DNA of 64,000 nt, taken from Tubiluchus corallicola (Eukaryota; Animalia; Priapulida). The stretch's first letter is position 1, and every line of letters begins with the position of its first letter. The notes under the pieces are model-generated. The model saw only the letters and a program-made list of their open reading frames with translations, was not told where the DNA came from and searched no databases. Shown here piece by piece: positions 47,504-60,300 of the stretch. The position numbers and the translations under genes are program-made. The DNA lies in assembly GCA_030141605.1 (NCBI GenBank), contig JAQGDQ010000183.1, positions 300,241-364,240 on the forward strand, given 5' to 3'.

Positions 47504-50500
47504 GTAGAAAATTCGGAGATTTTTACACAATTTCTGATGGCACTTTGAGAGAAGCAATTCTTAATGGCTGAAAAGAATGAAAATACATAAATTTGGGATG
47601 AACAAAATTACATTCAATTCTGCTACACTTGGGGTGTCACAGCACGGAATAACTGACATCTAAAATATAGATATATATATAAATATACATATACAAACAC
47701 CTAAAAAATGTCATGAGCCTGTAAGTAAACTTGTATTTTTAATAACGGGCAGCTGACCAAGTGGCTAATAGGTCTTTCGCTGCTCCTCAGTTGCAATGAA
47801 AAGTAAAAATAATTATGTCGAATTTTAACTGCTATTGAGAAAATAAAATTGAATTGAATGGAATATAAGCCCTAAAGAAATGCTTCTAAAGTTTTAAGTT
47901 TTCTCGCACAAATATAAACCTGATTAATCGCTGCAAAACAAATGTTCGATCTTCCATTCTTTCGAGCTGACCAATTGCAATACCAGTACATTCCGGATAA
48001 AAAAACACTTAGCAATCCTAGACAAAACGAAACAATCAGTGGAAGTTTTTGAGTGGGGTGATCAATCTTCGCTTCTTTAGCAATAATATAATGTAATATC
48101 TGCTAGAAATGAAACATATGTACTATGTTAAAAAGTAACTATTTTTAAGTAGGTCAATAACCAAGATGGCAAAACCCTACAAGTTGGTTGAAAACAGCAC
48201 TGTTTGCGTTACTCTACAATGAACCAGGCAGCAGCTTCTGAAATTCAGTCATTAATCAGCCGAGTTTGCTAGTTAGTAGGCTAGTAAACTCCGATAAAAT
48301 ATAATTTGCTTTAGGCTCTAATGGTTATATGCATAACTCCACTATGAATCCCCAGTAATTATGGTGCTGAGATACCATTGAATTTATACCGTTGGTATCA
48401 CAATCAACACCATAATTATCAGGGATTAATGTTTAACTAATGTTCCTGAAACACTTGCTTGTAACGTTTCCAGCTACTCCGATTCAGTAGTTTCTACCTC
48501 ATTAGGACCACACTACGTACATAATGTAGAACTTTATAACACCAATTTGATTAACTTAATCTTTGATATGGCAAAGTGAGCTTACCTTTAGCACAATATA
48601 TTACTAGTCATTACCTAGTCGCTACATCTTACATAGTAAAACACGCTCACTGTAACACATAAATATTTTTAATGAGCCTAAAAGTAAAAACTTCTAATAT
48701 TATTGATTGTTCACGATACTTTCGTGAATAATAATACTTTCTGCAGCTAATATGCAGTGCCACCTGTTAGGCGAAAGCCTTACCAACAAACTAGCCAGTA
48801 CATAGCGAAAAGTGAAGAGTTTCCATATTGCAACTTTGAGCACCACTGAAAAAATGTGAAACTTTTGTTATAGGAAGTTATTATTAGGTATCGAATGTGA
48901 TGAGGGAAGACTCTTGGAGTAAGCAACTACACATAAGATGACTATTATAGAGATCGCAACCGAGTCCAACTCTAGATCCTTATAACCTCGTAAGGCATGC
49001 GATATGAGGTTATCTTCCTTTTCCCTTATGATGAGTATATACGCGGGAATGCTCTTGAACCTCAGCGAGAGTCAACTACTGACTTAATTTTAGAGTTCAA
49101 TAACGTGCGGTAAAAGGATTTAGCAAACACAGCTTTAACCTCAGGTTTGAAGAGTGTTGCATCGTGGACATCAGTGACATACACTAGCACTTAACGTAAA
49201 GTTGGCGTCAGCAGGTGAGCTTGCTGGGTTTTGGAACGAAATGAAAATGAAATGAAACGAAAACTGCATAACAAAATGAGGTTAAAATCATTTCGAAACT
49301 AGATCTTTTTTGCTTTTTGCAATCAACAATGAGGGAAGAGCATCAAAAACAAACAAATTTGTAGAGTGAATGATCGAAGTAAAATTAATGTGTCAATGAC
49401 TTCAAGCTGACAGTATCTAGATTCTAGAATATGGTAAATTATACTAATGTAAAAGAAAAGAATGCAGGTAACGATGAAGAAATAATGCATTAATCTAAAA
49501 TCTTCAAAGAAAAATAATAGGCATAGTCACCCTCAATAAACTGAGCAGCACCATGTAATATATTAACCATCACTGACTGTACCTTGTAATCGTGAAAAAT
49601 AAACATACTGACAATGCTAAACTTCACGACGTTTTTTTTTAAAGAAAGGATGCATAGTTAAACATGTTGCATTTATTTTACTGTTATCACTTAAACTTAG
49701 AAAAATATAACAAAGAAATTTGGAAAAAATACTCTATGAAGCATAAAGTTAATTTATACTAACGTTGTGTAGAAATTTTTAAGTGAAAATTACCACATTA
49801 CTGATTAACTTTGTGACTTTTCATAAGTGCTCTTAAACTACTTCAAATTTCTGCAGCTTACCTGCTACTGCTATTATGGCGACAGTGATGATGACTACTA
49901 TATGTGACGTTAAACTCAAATGACCACAAATTTCACAGACAATTTAACACAAATTTAAACACTCTCTACTCTCCCAGTCAGGAACAAGAATAATGAGTTT
50001 TAAAGGCGCCTGCTCTCAGTTTCAAAGGTAGACATTGAATGAATAAGAATCAAAAGCGATTAAATCACGAAGTTTACCAATTCAAAATTGTCATTAGTTG
50101 GTTACATACACCATTGCAACATGTTTGAGCATGTGTTAATATTTCTAGTTAGGTATAAAATACAGAGTTTCCTAATTCTCATTAGTGTGCATCATAGACT
50201 TGTCAACGCTCGTGTAAATTGAGCATACACACCTTGCACATTTGATCCTCTTTCATAGAACCTAGTCAGTCTCACACAATCTGCAACATCTAATACTAAT
50301 TTGGCTTCATCTTTGGGTTGATTAAAAGCATTTATTTTTACATTCACCTTTTATAGTGCAAAACTTTGCTTAAAATAGTAGCTATTGTTCTTTTTGTTTA
50401 AAGCTAATTTTTCCATTTGTTGAGTTTGCTGTAACATTGTTTAAACTCTTTCATGCCGATGTGAATTTTATTTTTTGTAAGATAAGACAGTACATTTTAG

Positions 50501-51313
50501 CTTAATCAAGTTATCTTAATTTTACATACTATTAACAAATAATACTATCTTTTATATCATCCCACATATGAGCTTCATTCATTACATCATTCCATTTTAA
50601 GCACTAATGTTTTCTTTATCATACGATTCACTTTAAATTTTCAGATTATTTCCATTACTTTTTTTCTATCACTGTGTGGGACAATCTAACAAGCCCTGCT
50701 TTTTTGATTGCCCGCAACACATTTACATTTGTATATTAGTGAACAGTGTTTGAGGCTTTTCCTGTGCAGTATTTCTTATTTGTATTACGTTCATTGTAGG
50801 CCCTTTCACTAGATATTGTACATGAAACTATTGTAAATGTGTAATGTGAAATAAATGACTTATGACTTATTTTTAACAAAAACTTGTCAACGAAGTTAAT
50901 CTTTGAGAGAGGAAAGCACAACTCTGTTGATAATAGGTGGGGCATCGGTGTTGCTGGGTGTTGCATGTTGCTTAATGTGGCTAATGTGTGCTGAATTGCT
51001 TGCATTACACTTGTAGTCAAACTGTGACTGTTTACAATGCAAACATCGTAAATTATTGATCTTCTTACTTTTGCTTTTAGTGCACCATTACACAATTTTG
51101 TTATATTCATATTAACATTTTATCTTTTTACAGGTGCGTCAAAGCCACGAAAATGGCAGCGTACAGTTTGTGCATGCATCGTATATCATCAAGTGATCAA
51201 ACTGTCTTGGTGTGAACACGTTTTGCTACTGAAATGACATTTGCAAAGTTTTTTCTTCCGCTTTTGTTGTTGTAAGTTGCCCGTTTCTCCTCTGGTTATG
51301 TTAACAAGCTCAA

Positions 51314-54300
51314 ATGGAGCAGCAGGTTTTTTTGTCGAGTGAAGGTGATGAAAAGGAAAAGGTAAAAAATGAAAGTTGCAGCGCAGCGGATGCTGCAGAG
51401 GATGTCAATAAAAGTGAGACTCATGATGGTTTAGCTGACAAAGTAGATGACAACCTGGTGAACTCCGTTTCAAATGAATCGAGTAGAAGATCTTGTAATT
51501 TAACTCAGAATGAAGTTAAATGCGCTGCAGATGCTGCAGAGGATGTCAACAAAAGTGAGACTGATGATGATTTAGCTGATAAAGTAGATGACGACCTGGT
51601 GAACTCTGATGAAGCAAGTACAAGATCTTGTAATTTAACTGAGAATGAAACTCCTGTCAATGCAGCAGTCGACGACCGCTGTTCTTCCGTAGAAGATGAA
51701 GTTTTTCAGGATAGTGTTGATACATCTCCTTCGCAAGAGACCTTGCGGAAAAGCGCAACAGAACAGTCGCAGCTTCCGGACTCTGGATTCTCGGACAGCG
51801 ACAAAGAGGTCCGATGGTCGTCTTCGGATTTGGATCCCGCAGATAAAGGGGATCATCGTATCAATGTCGCAAACGATATCATTCGCACAGCCTACAGAGA
51901 GTCCGTCGATAAAGAAATGGACCAGCGGATTGATAAGTTTAATATGGAAATCAAACAGGAATTCTTTACCTGTAGGTATTTTTTTATTTTATTTATGTTG
52001 ATGGTATATTAGATATTTGGTCATCTGAAGCCAGTTGTGGATCCAATCTATCGTGATTTAAAAAACTGGTAGTGATCCACTTTTGGCTCAAGTTTGGAAT
52101 GTAGTTTCTAAGCCAACAATAAAAACCGACTTCTGGTATTTTATAATTTTTTGTACGTTAATATTCTTACTTGATACAGTCATATAAAAGTGTATTTTTA
52201 ATTTGAAAAGTAAAACGCAGTAATTGTTATAACATCGTTCTTTCGGGGAATTCAGGATGCAACCGTGTTTTTCTACGGCTAACTCTCGGCCATGGTTGCC
52301 GTTTTGTATGATGCTCATTGTATTGGAGGCTAAAAAGTATCGAATTTTGCGCCAAATCAGTGTATTAACAGCCAAATAGTGTTGCCACCTATACCATAAT
52401 TATCAGAACATACATGATTTCGTGATACAAAAAAGAGGCTATACAATAATCGATAATTATACGATAATTTAGTCATGCAAAACTAAAAAACAAAGCGTGA
52501 AAAAATTTGCACTGAAAAAATTTAAAGATAAGATAAGATAATATTTACTTTCATCGGTATGATACAAAACAGTACATATTTGTAAAACATGAGCTTAAAA
52601 CTCGTAAACCGATATCAAACATAATGTATAAGAGCGATAACATGGTAATAATATGTACTTCTTAAAATGTTTTGGATGCCACCAGAGGTATTAGTACAAG
52701 AGATATTTAAACTACATGAAAACAGTAAAAATTTGAGACAGTAAAATTTTAGGCAGTAACATTTTCTAAAATTTACACAAAAAGCTATCTAGGTAAATAA
52801 AAAATTTTCCTGCCAACACATTCAGCATTTAATTATGACTTAACAAAACTGGGAAGTTCGCTGAATTTACAAATGGCACATTTACATGATACACCAGTCC
52901 ATGAGTTAATTAGACGTTTAAATTCCCCAAGATTTTCGGCCATTCGGAGACAGTTTGGTAATTCATTCCACAATGTGGCTCCATAATAGGAGAAACTTTT
53001 CTTGCCGTATGTAACACCATCATTAAAACATCATTGCTCACAAACTTTGATTTCAACCGATTTTAAATATTCCACGATTCAGCTTTAAACATTAACAAAG
53101 CTTTAAAAAAAGTTTTTGTGGCCAGCTCAGTTCGCTATCTTGGCTCTTTTTTCAGTAAGAAATAGAAAAGTTTTTTTTATATAGGTGCATTTCATTTGCA
53201 AAGAATGCTTGATAGCAGGTGTGGTACAGTTTGTGTAGTTCGAACATTCTATATATATATACAGGTTAGCGCAGGGGTGTGCAAATTATCTGACTAGCCG
53301 GGCCACATTAAACTTTCCCGCAATTCCTGCGGGCCACAGGCAGTTTGATCAAGGAGCCAAGTACAGAAAGGCCTAATAACGATTTTTTTGCATCCGACCT
53401 GCGTACATCATTACTACTACACTCAGGAAACTATTTTATAAGTTATTAAAATTTATATTACAAACCATATATTTCTACTTTCAGGACAGATAGTGGTAAT
53501 TTCATTACAATGCATATTAGTAATGTGTATCACACAGTCTGTGTAGTACAGTGACATTAAGCTACAACCGTCTTGTAAGGGTTAATGGCATCCGATCTAG
53601 TAGAAAAAACTACCTGCAGTATCTTTGGGATCGTGGCACGGACTTCAGCTGGATACACTCAATTAATCGCCCAGGCCGCACTTTCATTATGTTGAGAAAT
53701 CTCTTCGCAGGCCGCACAAATTCTTTCCGCGGGCCGCAATTTGCACACCCCTGACTTACAGTGTTTTCAGTATCATAAGTTTTGTAAGTCGTTTGCGTTA
53801 CTTGTCATTATTGTAGAAATTGTGAATTTGCAAACTCGGTGGAATGGTTTAAGACACCGGCTTGTCTGTTTGGCTCTAGGGATTGCTTTTATAGTTGTTG
53901 CTAGCATCATAGGTTCTGTCGTGTGATTGGCTGATCTTGAGATGAAAACTCTAAAACTTATGAGTAGCTAAATGCACTTTTCCAGACGTATTTTTTTGTG
54001 CAACTTAAGTACTTTCAGAGGACCTGGTTATGCCTAGATCAGTAATTTTTAGTTGTACTTTCAGCACTGAGCCAGCATTATGCACAGGCTGCATAAGATT
54101 ATGGACATCCATAAAATAAGACCAAAAATCCATCAAATAAAATTTGAAAAATCCATAAAATAAGAAATGCATAAAATAAAAAAATATTTTTTTTGTGATT
54201 TTTTGTACAAAGTAACGAGTTGTGTAAGCATTGGCAATACTGAAAACGAACGTTAGAAGGAGAGAAAGAGAAAGAAAACAAACCAACAAAAGCGCATTTC

Positions 54301-57300
54301 CGGATTTGCTATTTTACATTGTTTTTTCTCATTGTCTTTTTGTTATCAAGATGGTGAAGTTTCAACCAAAGCATGAGCTGGAGTTCGGTCTGAAAATATC
54401 TGAGAGAGACCTAGCCACCAGGATCGGAAACTTCAGCCTAGAGGGCATTCTACATTCGTACCAAATAGATGAATTATTTGAACTGAAGTGATGAATTACA
54501 AGGCATTGTCTCGTAAAATTTGATTAAATTTGAAGGGATATGAAACCGATAAAATTAAAACGAAACCGATAAAATTAAAACTAAGTCCTGCGTGTTTAAA
54601 AACACGTTTCAAGCACTCCTGTTTTTACTTTTTAATTGATTTCCCCCTGGGCATCTCGTTCCAGATATAGTCTATTTCTTATTTTATTGATATCCATAAA
54701 ATAAAATTTCAAAAATCCATAAAATAAGCTATTTTATTTATTTTATACATATCCATAATCTTATGCACCCTGATTATGCATGGCTAACCTTTCATTATTC
54801 ATACTAACACGAGCTTCCCATCTGGACTTGTCTGGGGCAAATTATTTGATCGAGAAACAGAATACTTTGCAGTTGACTATGTCCTTCCCTTCCTGTCACC
54901 ACTCTGCTAGCCTCTTTGAGCCTAATGCTGCTTAACTAGTAGCATTTAGTTTTATAAAATAACATTGGACAAGATTAGCATGCATTGTGTTTTGTAATAT
55001 TAAACATCTCTTTCTGTAGTTTAAAACAAAACTGGACCCAAGATTAAACTGTAGGTCAAAACAATCTACTCTTTAAAATGTTAAAAGGGAACACACTAGT
55101 TTTTTTTAAATGACTTGCGTGATAAAATTATTGCCACACAAATTGTGTTTGCGCCACTAGTTCTTCGCTTTTACATGCATTTCGCCATTCGCTAGTCAGA
55201 TGGGCACTAGCACCTGCATTTTGGAAAAGCGTTGCGCAAAAAAACCTGGTGCTGTAGCTCTCAGTTCAGATGTGTTAGTTTCTGACAAACTGCACACGTT
55301 TGACAGGACATGAGCACAGCGTTAAATTTGAATTTTTATCTTAGAACTTGTCTAGTTTTAGTACAACACGCTGAATCTCTTACAGTAGCACTGAACTTCA
55401 ATTTTCTCTTTCGCAAATACGTGCAACATGCTCGTGGAATATTTTTGCTGTTGAAAATTATGCTAGTTTGTGATGTCATCAATAATTGGGCTTGACCGCC
55501 GTAAATTAAGATTTTAATCTATTATTTAATTATCAGAAACGCTTTTGCAGTATTAATTGTGTTAAAACGTACACTTTTTGTCTGACTTGAAAATGGGGTA
55601 GTGTTTGAAAAATCATCCTGCCTTCCTTTAACCGAGTAATATTTGTTTTTTCAGCAACCACATGTCATGGTCTAGTCAAAGCCTACCATTCACCAAACCG
55701 CTACATAAAGTGGTTTTGGATCGTCGCTGTTTGTACTGCGTTCGCCGGTCTCATATCCCAAGTGTATAAGCTTTTGTACGATTATTACGAGGTAGGTAAT
55801 AAGATTGTTCGTTTATTAAATTACAGGTGTATAAGCTTTTGTACGATTATTACGGGGTAGGTAATAAGATTGTTCATTTATTAAATTACAGGTGTATAAG
55901 CTTTTGTACGATTATTACGAGGTAGGTAATAAGATTGTTCGTTTATTAAATTACGCTTCGCACATTACGGAATGATCAATCAATGCCTTGCCAGGTTCTG
56001 CTCTGCCCGCTGGGTTTAATTAAATACCGCGGTCAAGCAGTCTGCAATCTAACATGTGAATTCATCAATATCGTGACGTATGATTTACTTTCTGACATTC
56101 TGCAGTATACAGTATAGGCAGGGTGCATAAGATTATGGATATGTGTAAAATAAATAAAATAGCTTATTTTATGGATTTTTGAAATTTTATTTTATGGATA
56201 TCAATAAAATAAGAAATAGACTATATCTGGAATGAGATGCCCAGGGGGAAATCAATTAAAAAGTAAAAACAGGAGGCTTGAAACGTGTTTTTAAACACGC
56301 AGGACTTAGTTTTAATTTTATCGGTTTCATATCACTTCAAATTTAATCAAATTTTACGAGACAATGCCTTGTAATTCATCACTTCAGTTCAAATAATTCA
56401 TCTATTTGGTACGAATGTAGAATGCCCTCTAGGCTGAAGTTTCCGACCCAATGCATGTATTCAGTTTTGATTGCCTTATTTTGTACAAAAAATCACAAAA
56501 AAATTAATTTTATCCATTTCTTATTTTATGGATTTTTCAAATTTTATTTTATGGATTTTTGGTCTTATTTTATGAATATCCATAATCTTATGCAGCCTGA
56601 GTATAGGACACTGTGAGGAACTGTGAGGATGCACTGTTACTGAGACAGCCTTAATGTTTTTTTGGTTTTGTGAGTTTTTACCGCCAGTAATAATGAAAAT
56701 CATCAGTGACCTTTGTCCATGGCCACTTGGCTACCATCGATGGTCATCTAACTAAAATATCTGGTAGTGTAAGCCTGTAGATTCAAGTTATGTACTTTGA
56801 AAGTGTTGCTAGGCATCTTCAGTGACCTTTGTCCATTGCTACTTGGCTACCATTGATGGTCATCTAACTAAAATATCTGGTAATGTAAGCCTGTAGATTC
56901 AAGTTATGTACTTTGAAAGTGTTGCTAAGCATTTTCAGTGACCTTTGTCCATTGCTACTTGGCTACTATTGATGGTCATCTAACTAAAATATCTGGTAAT
57001 GTAAGCCTGTAGATTCAAGTTATGTACTTTGAAAGTGTTGCTAGGCATCTTCAGTGACCTTTGTCCATTGCTACTTGGCTACTATTGATGGTCATCTAAC
57101 TAAAATATCTGGTAATGTAAGCCTGTAGATTCAAGTTATGTACTTTGAAACTGCTATTAGGCATTTAAAAATAATAAAGCAAGTAATTTACTAACCTCTA
57201 CATCGTTTCCAATATTACAATTAGCTTTTTCTAACTCTTTTGTTACTCGCTAACCTTACATGGCAACAACATGGCTACATTTCAAACATTTTAAACTTAT

Positions 57301-60300
57301 AAATTGGTATAGATCTTATTCTTTTGGAAGTAGAGAATTTAACAGTGAAATTAAGTGAAACTGTCGGGTAATAATGGGCTTACAAGAAATTTGATCACTT
57401 TGTAAAAGTTTAAGCGTTTGACCCGTTAAATTATAAACGTTCAATCTGGAAATTCAGCTCTATTAAAATGGCAGCATTTTACTATTGAAAAATTGGCACA
57501 AAATTGTCGGGATTTTTTAGTGCAAGTGACATTTTGACAAGTATACAATATTTAGCAAACAAAAAGGTTTCTAAACAAACACTGAAATGTTGAACGTGTT
57601 GCTATGGTTACCGATGGTTTTACCAACACTCGGCTATTGACTGTCTGGAGCGGCATTATAAGTTTATGTGTTTTTCAGAGTGTAAATATTTATCGTGAGC
57701 AGTGTGGAAAACTTGAATTAAAAGCTAAATTGTTTAAACTAGTGTAATTTACTAAGCTAATGAACTTAGGATGCAGGTAAGTTAGCACAAGCTGATACGG
57801 TTGGATTCAAGTTTGGCTGTGCGTGCCTGCGTGCGTGTGTGTGCTTGTGTGTGCTTGTGTGTGTGTGCACGTGCATGTGTGTACGGATGTGCATATGTGT
57901 TATGTGTCTTATGGTAAAACACAAAGAGGGTTTTTTTGATGAGCTGGAAAGCCGTCCACCACGCTACCCCTTTTTTTCTGAAATGGGTGAAATTTGAAAA
58001 CCATTTCACAACCTTGATGTGCTTTAGGCTTGAAGCATTTTGCAGTGGCTCACACTTCCAAGTTAGTCATTTTTGACAGTGAGAGCGCAATCAATGTGGT
58101 TTTTCTTTATTTTGTAACCTTCATGCGTTGTTGTTGTTGTTGTTGGCATCCTTCTGTTTCGGAAGACAATGGATTGTGCGCTAAGAGAGTCAGTTATTGA
58201 TCACATTGATGGAGCTGCAGCGTCGACTGTGGCTGAGCAGTGCGATCCTTGAACCACTGGAGTGGCCTCTCCAGGGCGCAGGCCTGGGCAAGGTGTATGG
58301 AGATCCTGAGTTCTCCAGACAACAGGAACCCCCTCTCTTCCTCCCTGGTGTAGTCCAAAGGAAAGTGGAGCGATACGTTTGGCACCAGGTTGGCTGCAGG
58401 AGCTGCCGGAGTCAGTGAGCATGCTGCACTGGTCCGCCTTCTGGGCTCCACTCCTGATTTGGAAGGTTTACTCCTCTACACATGGCCGTTGGGTCACTTG
58501 ACCTCCTCCGCCCTCTAGCCGTTGGCTGCTTGTGCAGCTCCACCGCCTAGTGTCGAGATACAGTGTGGGCATCCCGCAAGCCTACAGCACCTGGTATTCC
58601 TAGGCGGTCACCCATCCAAGTACTAACCAGGCTCTACGTTGCTTAAGTTCGGTGATCAGACGAGAACCGGTGTTTTCAACGTGATTTGGCCGTAATCACC
58701 TTTATGCATGCAAATAAAATTACTAGCATTGCAACATTAGCAGTACATAGTTGTAATCATTCAATTTCACTATGTGCCAGTGTGGAGACTCCTCATTAAC
58801 ACACATCTGTAGCAACAGATCAACAATGCACACAAATATAGGTTTTACATGTCAAATGTAGACCTGCGTTAACTCAAATCTAGATTTAGGTAATTCAAAT
58901 GTGTCTTGGTAACTCAAATGTAGACTTAGGTAGTTCAAATGTGTCTTGGTAACTCAAATGTAGACTTAGGTAGTTCAAATGTGTTAACAATGGTTTTCAA
59001 CAAATCTTAAGCGTTTTTGGTAAGTCAAATGTAGACACATGTCAAGTCAAATGTGACATTGGTATCTCAAATGTGGATAGGTGGCAAAGTTTAACGATGC
59101 TAAATTTAATCTTCTTTAATTTCAATTTAATAATTGCTCCTAAGTTAAAATAACAACGTTATAGGTTCACTAATATTCTGCAAACTTTACATACCATTGG
59201 AACTGTTAGAGAAAACAATACATTCTTAAAATAAACAATGTTTCTTGAGAGAAACTAATTCATTAATGCAGTGCTAATGCATTACTTAAAAAACTAATTA
59301 GTGATTCACTGTTCTTTGGGAAGTGGGAACCGATTTATTCTTTTCTGCCGACATTTTTTGTAAAACGTTGACAAATAAAATGTAGAATTCTATGTCTACA
59401 TTTGACTTACCTAAGTCACATTTGAACTTTCCTGTGTCTACATTTGACGTGTAAAACCTATAGTATGCTGGAATATGTTTACATGGTTCTCTTGGCAAAA
59501 TGTTTGAATGCTAAAAAAATTACAAATCTGACTACCATTCTATGTGAGAGTGTATATATATATATATATATTATATTACGTTGCAGCATTCTAAGAAATG
59601 CTTTGTTTTACTTGTTTATGCAGTAACAAATTTAACTAATTTCTTTTTCTTTTGTTCCAGAAACCAGTAAATACAATTGTTCAAATTCAGTACACAGATG
59701 CCATGCCTTTTCCAGCTGTGACAATTTGTAATTTCAACAGGTTCAGGCAATCTTATCTTGACGGTGAGTTTCCTCGTGGTAAAGCGGCAAAATCTGTATT
59801 TAAATCATGTTTGCTAATAAACAGTTGAGGTGTATCCAATTAAAGTTTTGATTCGCAGATTTAAATGCTACGCATATAGCCTGCATTGTTTCTCATACAA
59901 CAGACAATAGAATTTGTATTAGAACATGGTGCCCATTGTTTCTCATACAACAGATCATAGAATTTGTATTAGAACATGGTGCCCATTGTTTCTCCTACAA
60001 CAGACCATAGAATTTGTATTAGAACATGGTGCCCATTGTTTCTACAACAGACCATAGAATTTGTATTAGAACATGGTGCCCATTGTTTCTCATACAACAG
60101 ACCATAGAATTTGTAACCATAGAATTTGTATTTGAACATGGCACCTATTGCTTGCCATACAGCAGATCATAGAATTTGTATTACAGCAAGGTGCCAATTG
60201 TTTCTCATACAGCATAGATTAGTATATTAGAACATGGCACCCATTGTTTGTCATACAAGAGACCATGGAATTTGTATAGGAATATATTGTCCATTGTTTT

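Noticed and set aside
49028-49082. C/D-box-like pair (ATGATGA...CTGA)
   Set aside because: Too short, no terminal stem, no recognisable rRNA guide, and on the wrong strand for the presumptive host intron.
58578-58697. Functional 5S rRNA gene array
   Set aside because: Single copy, no Pol III terminator, and embedded in a TSD-flanked element, so it is treated as a SINE head.
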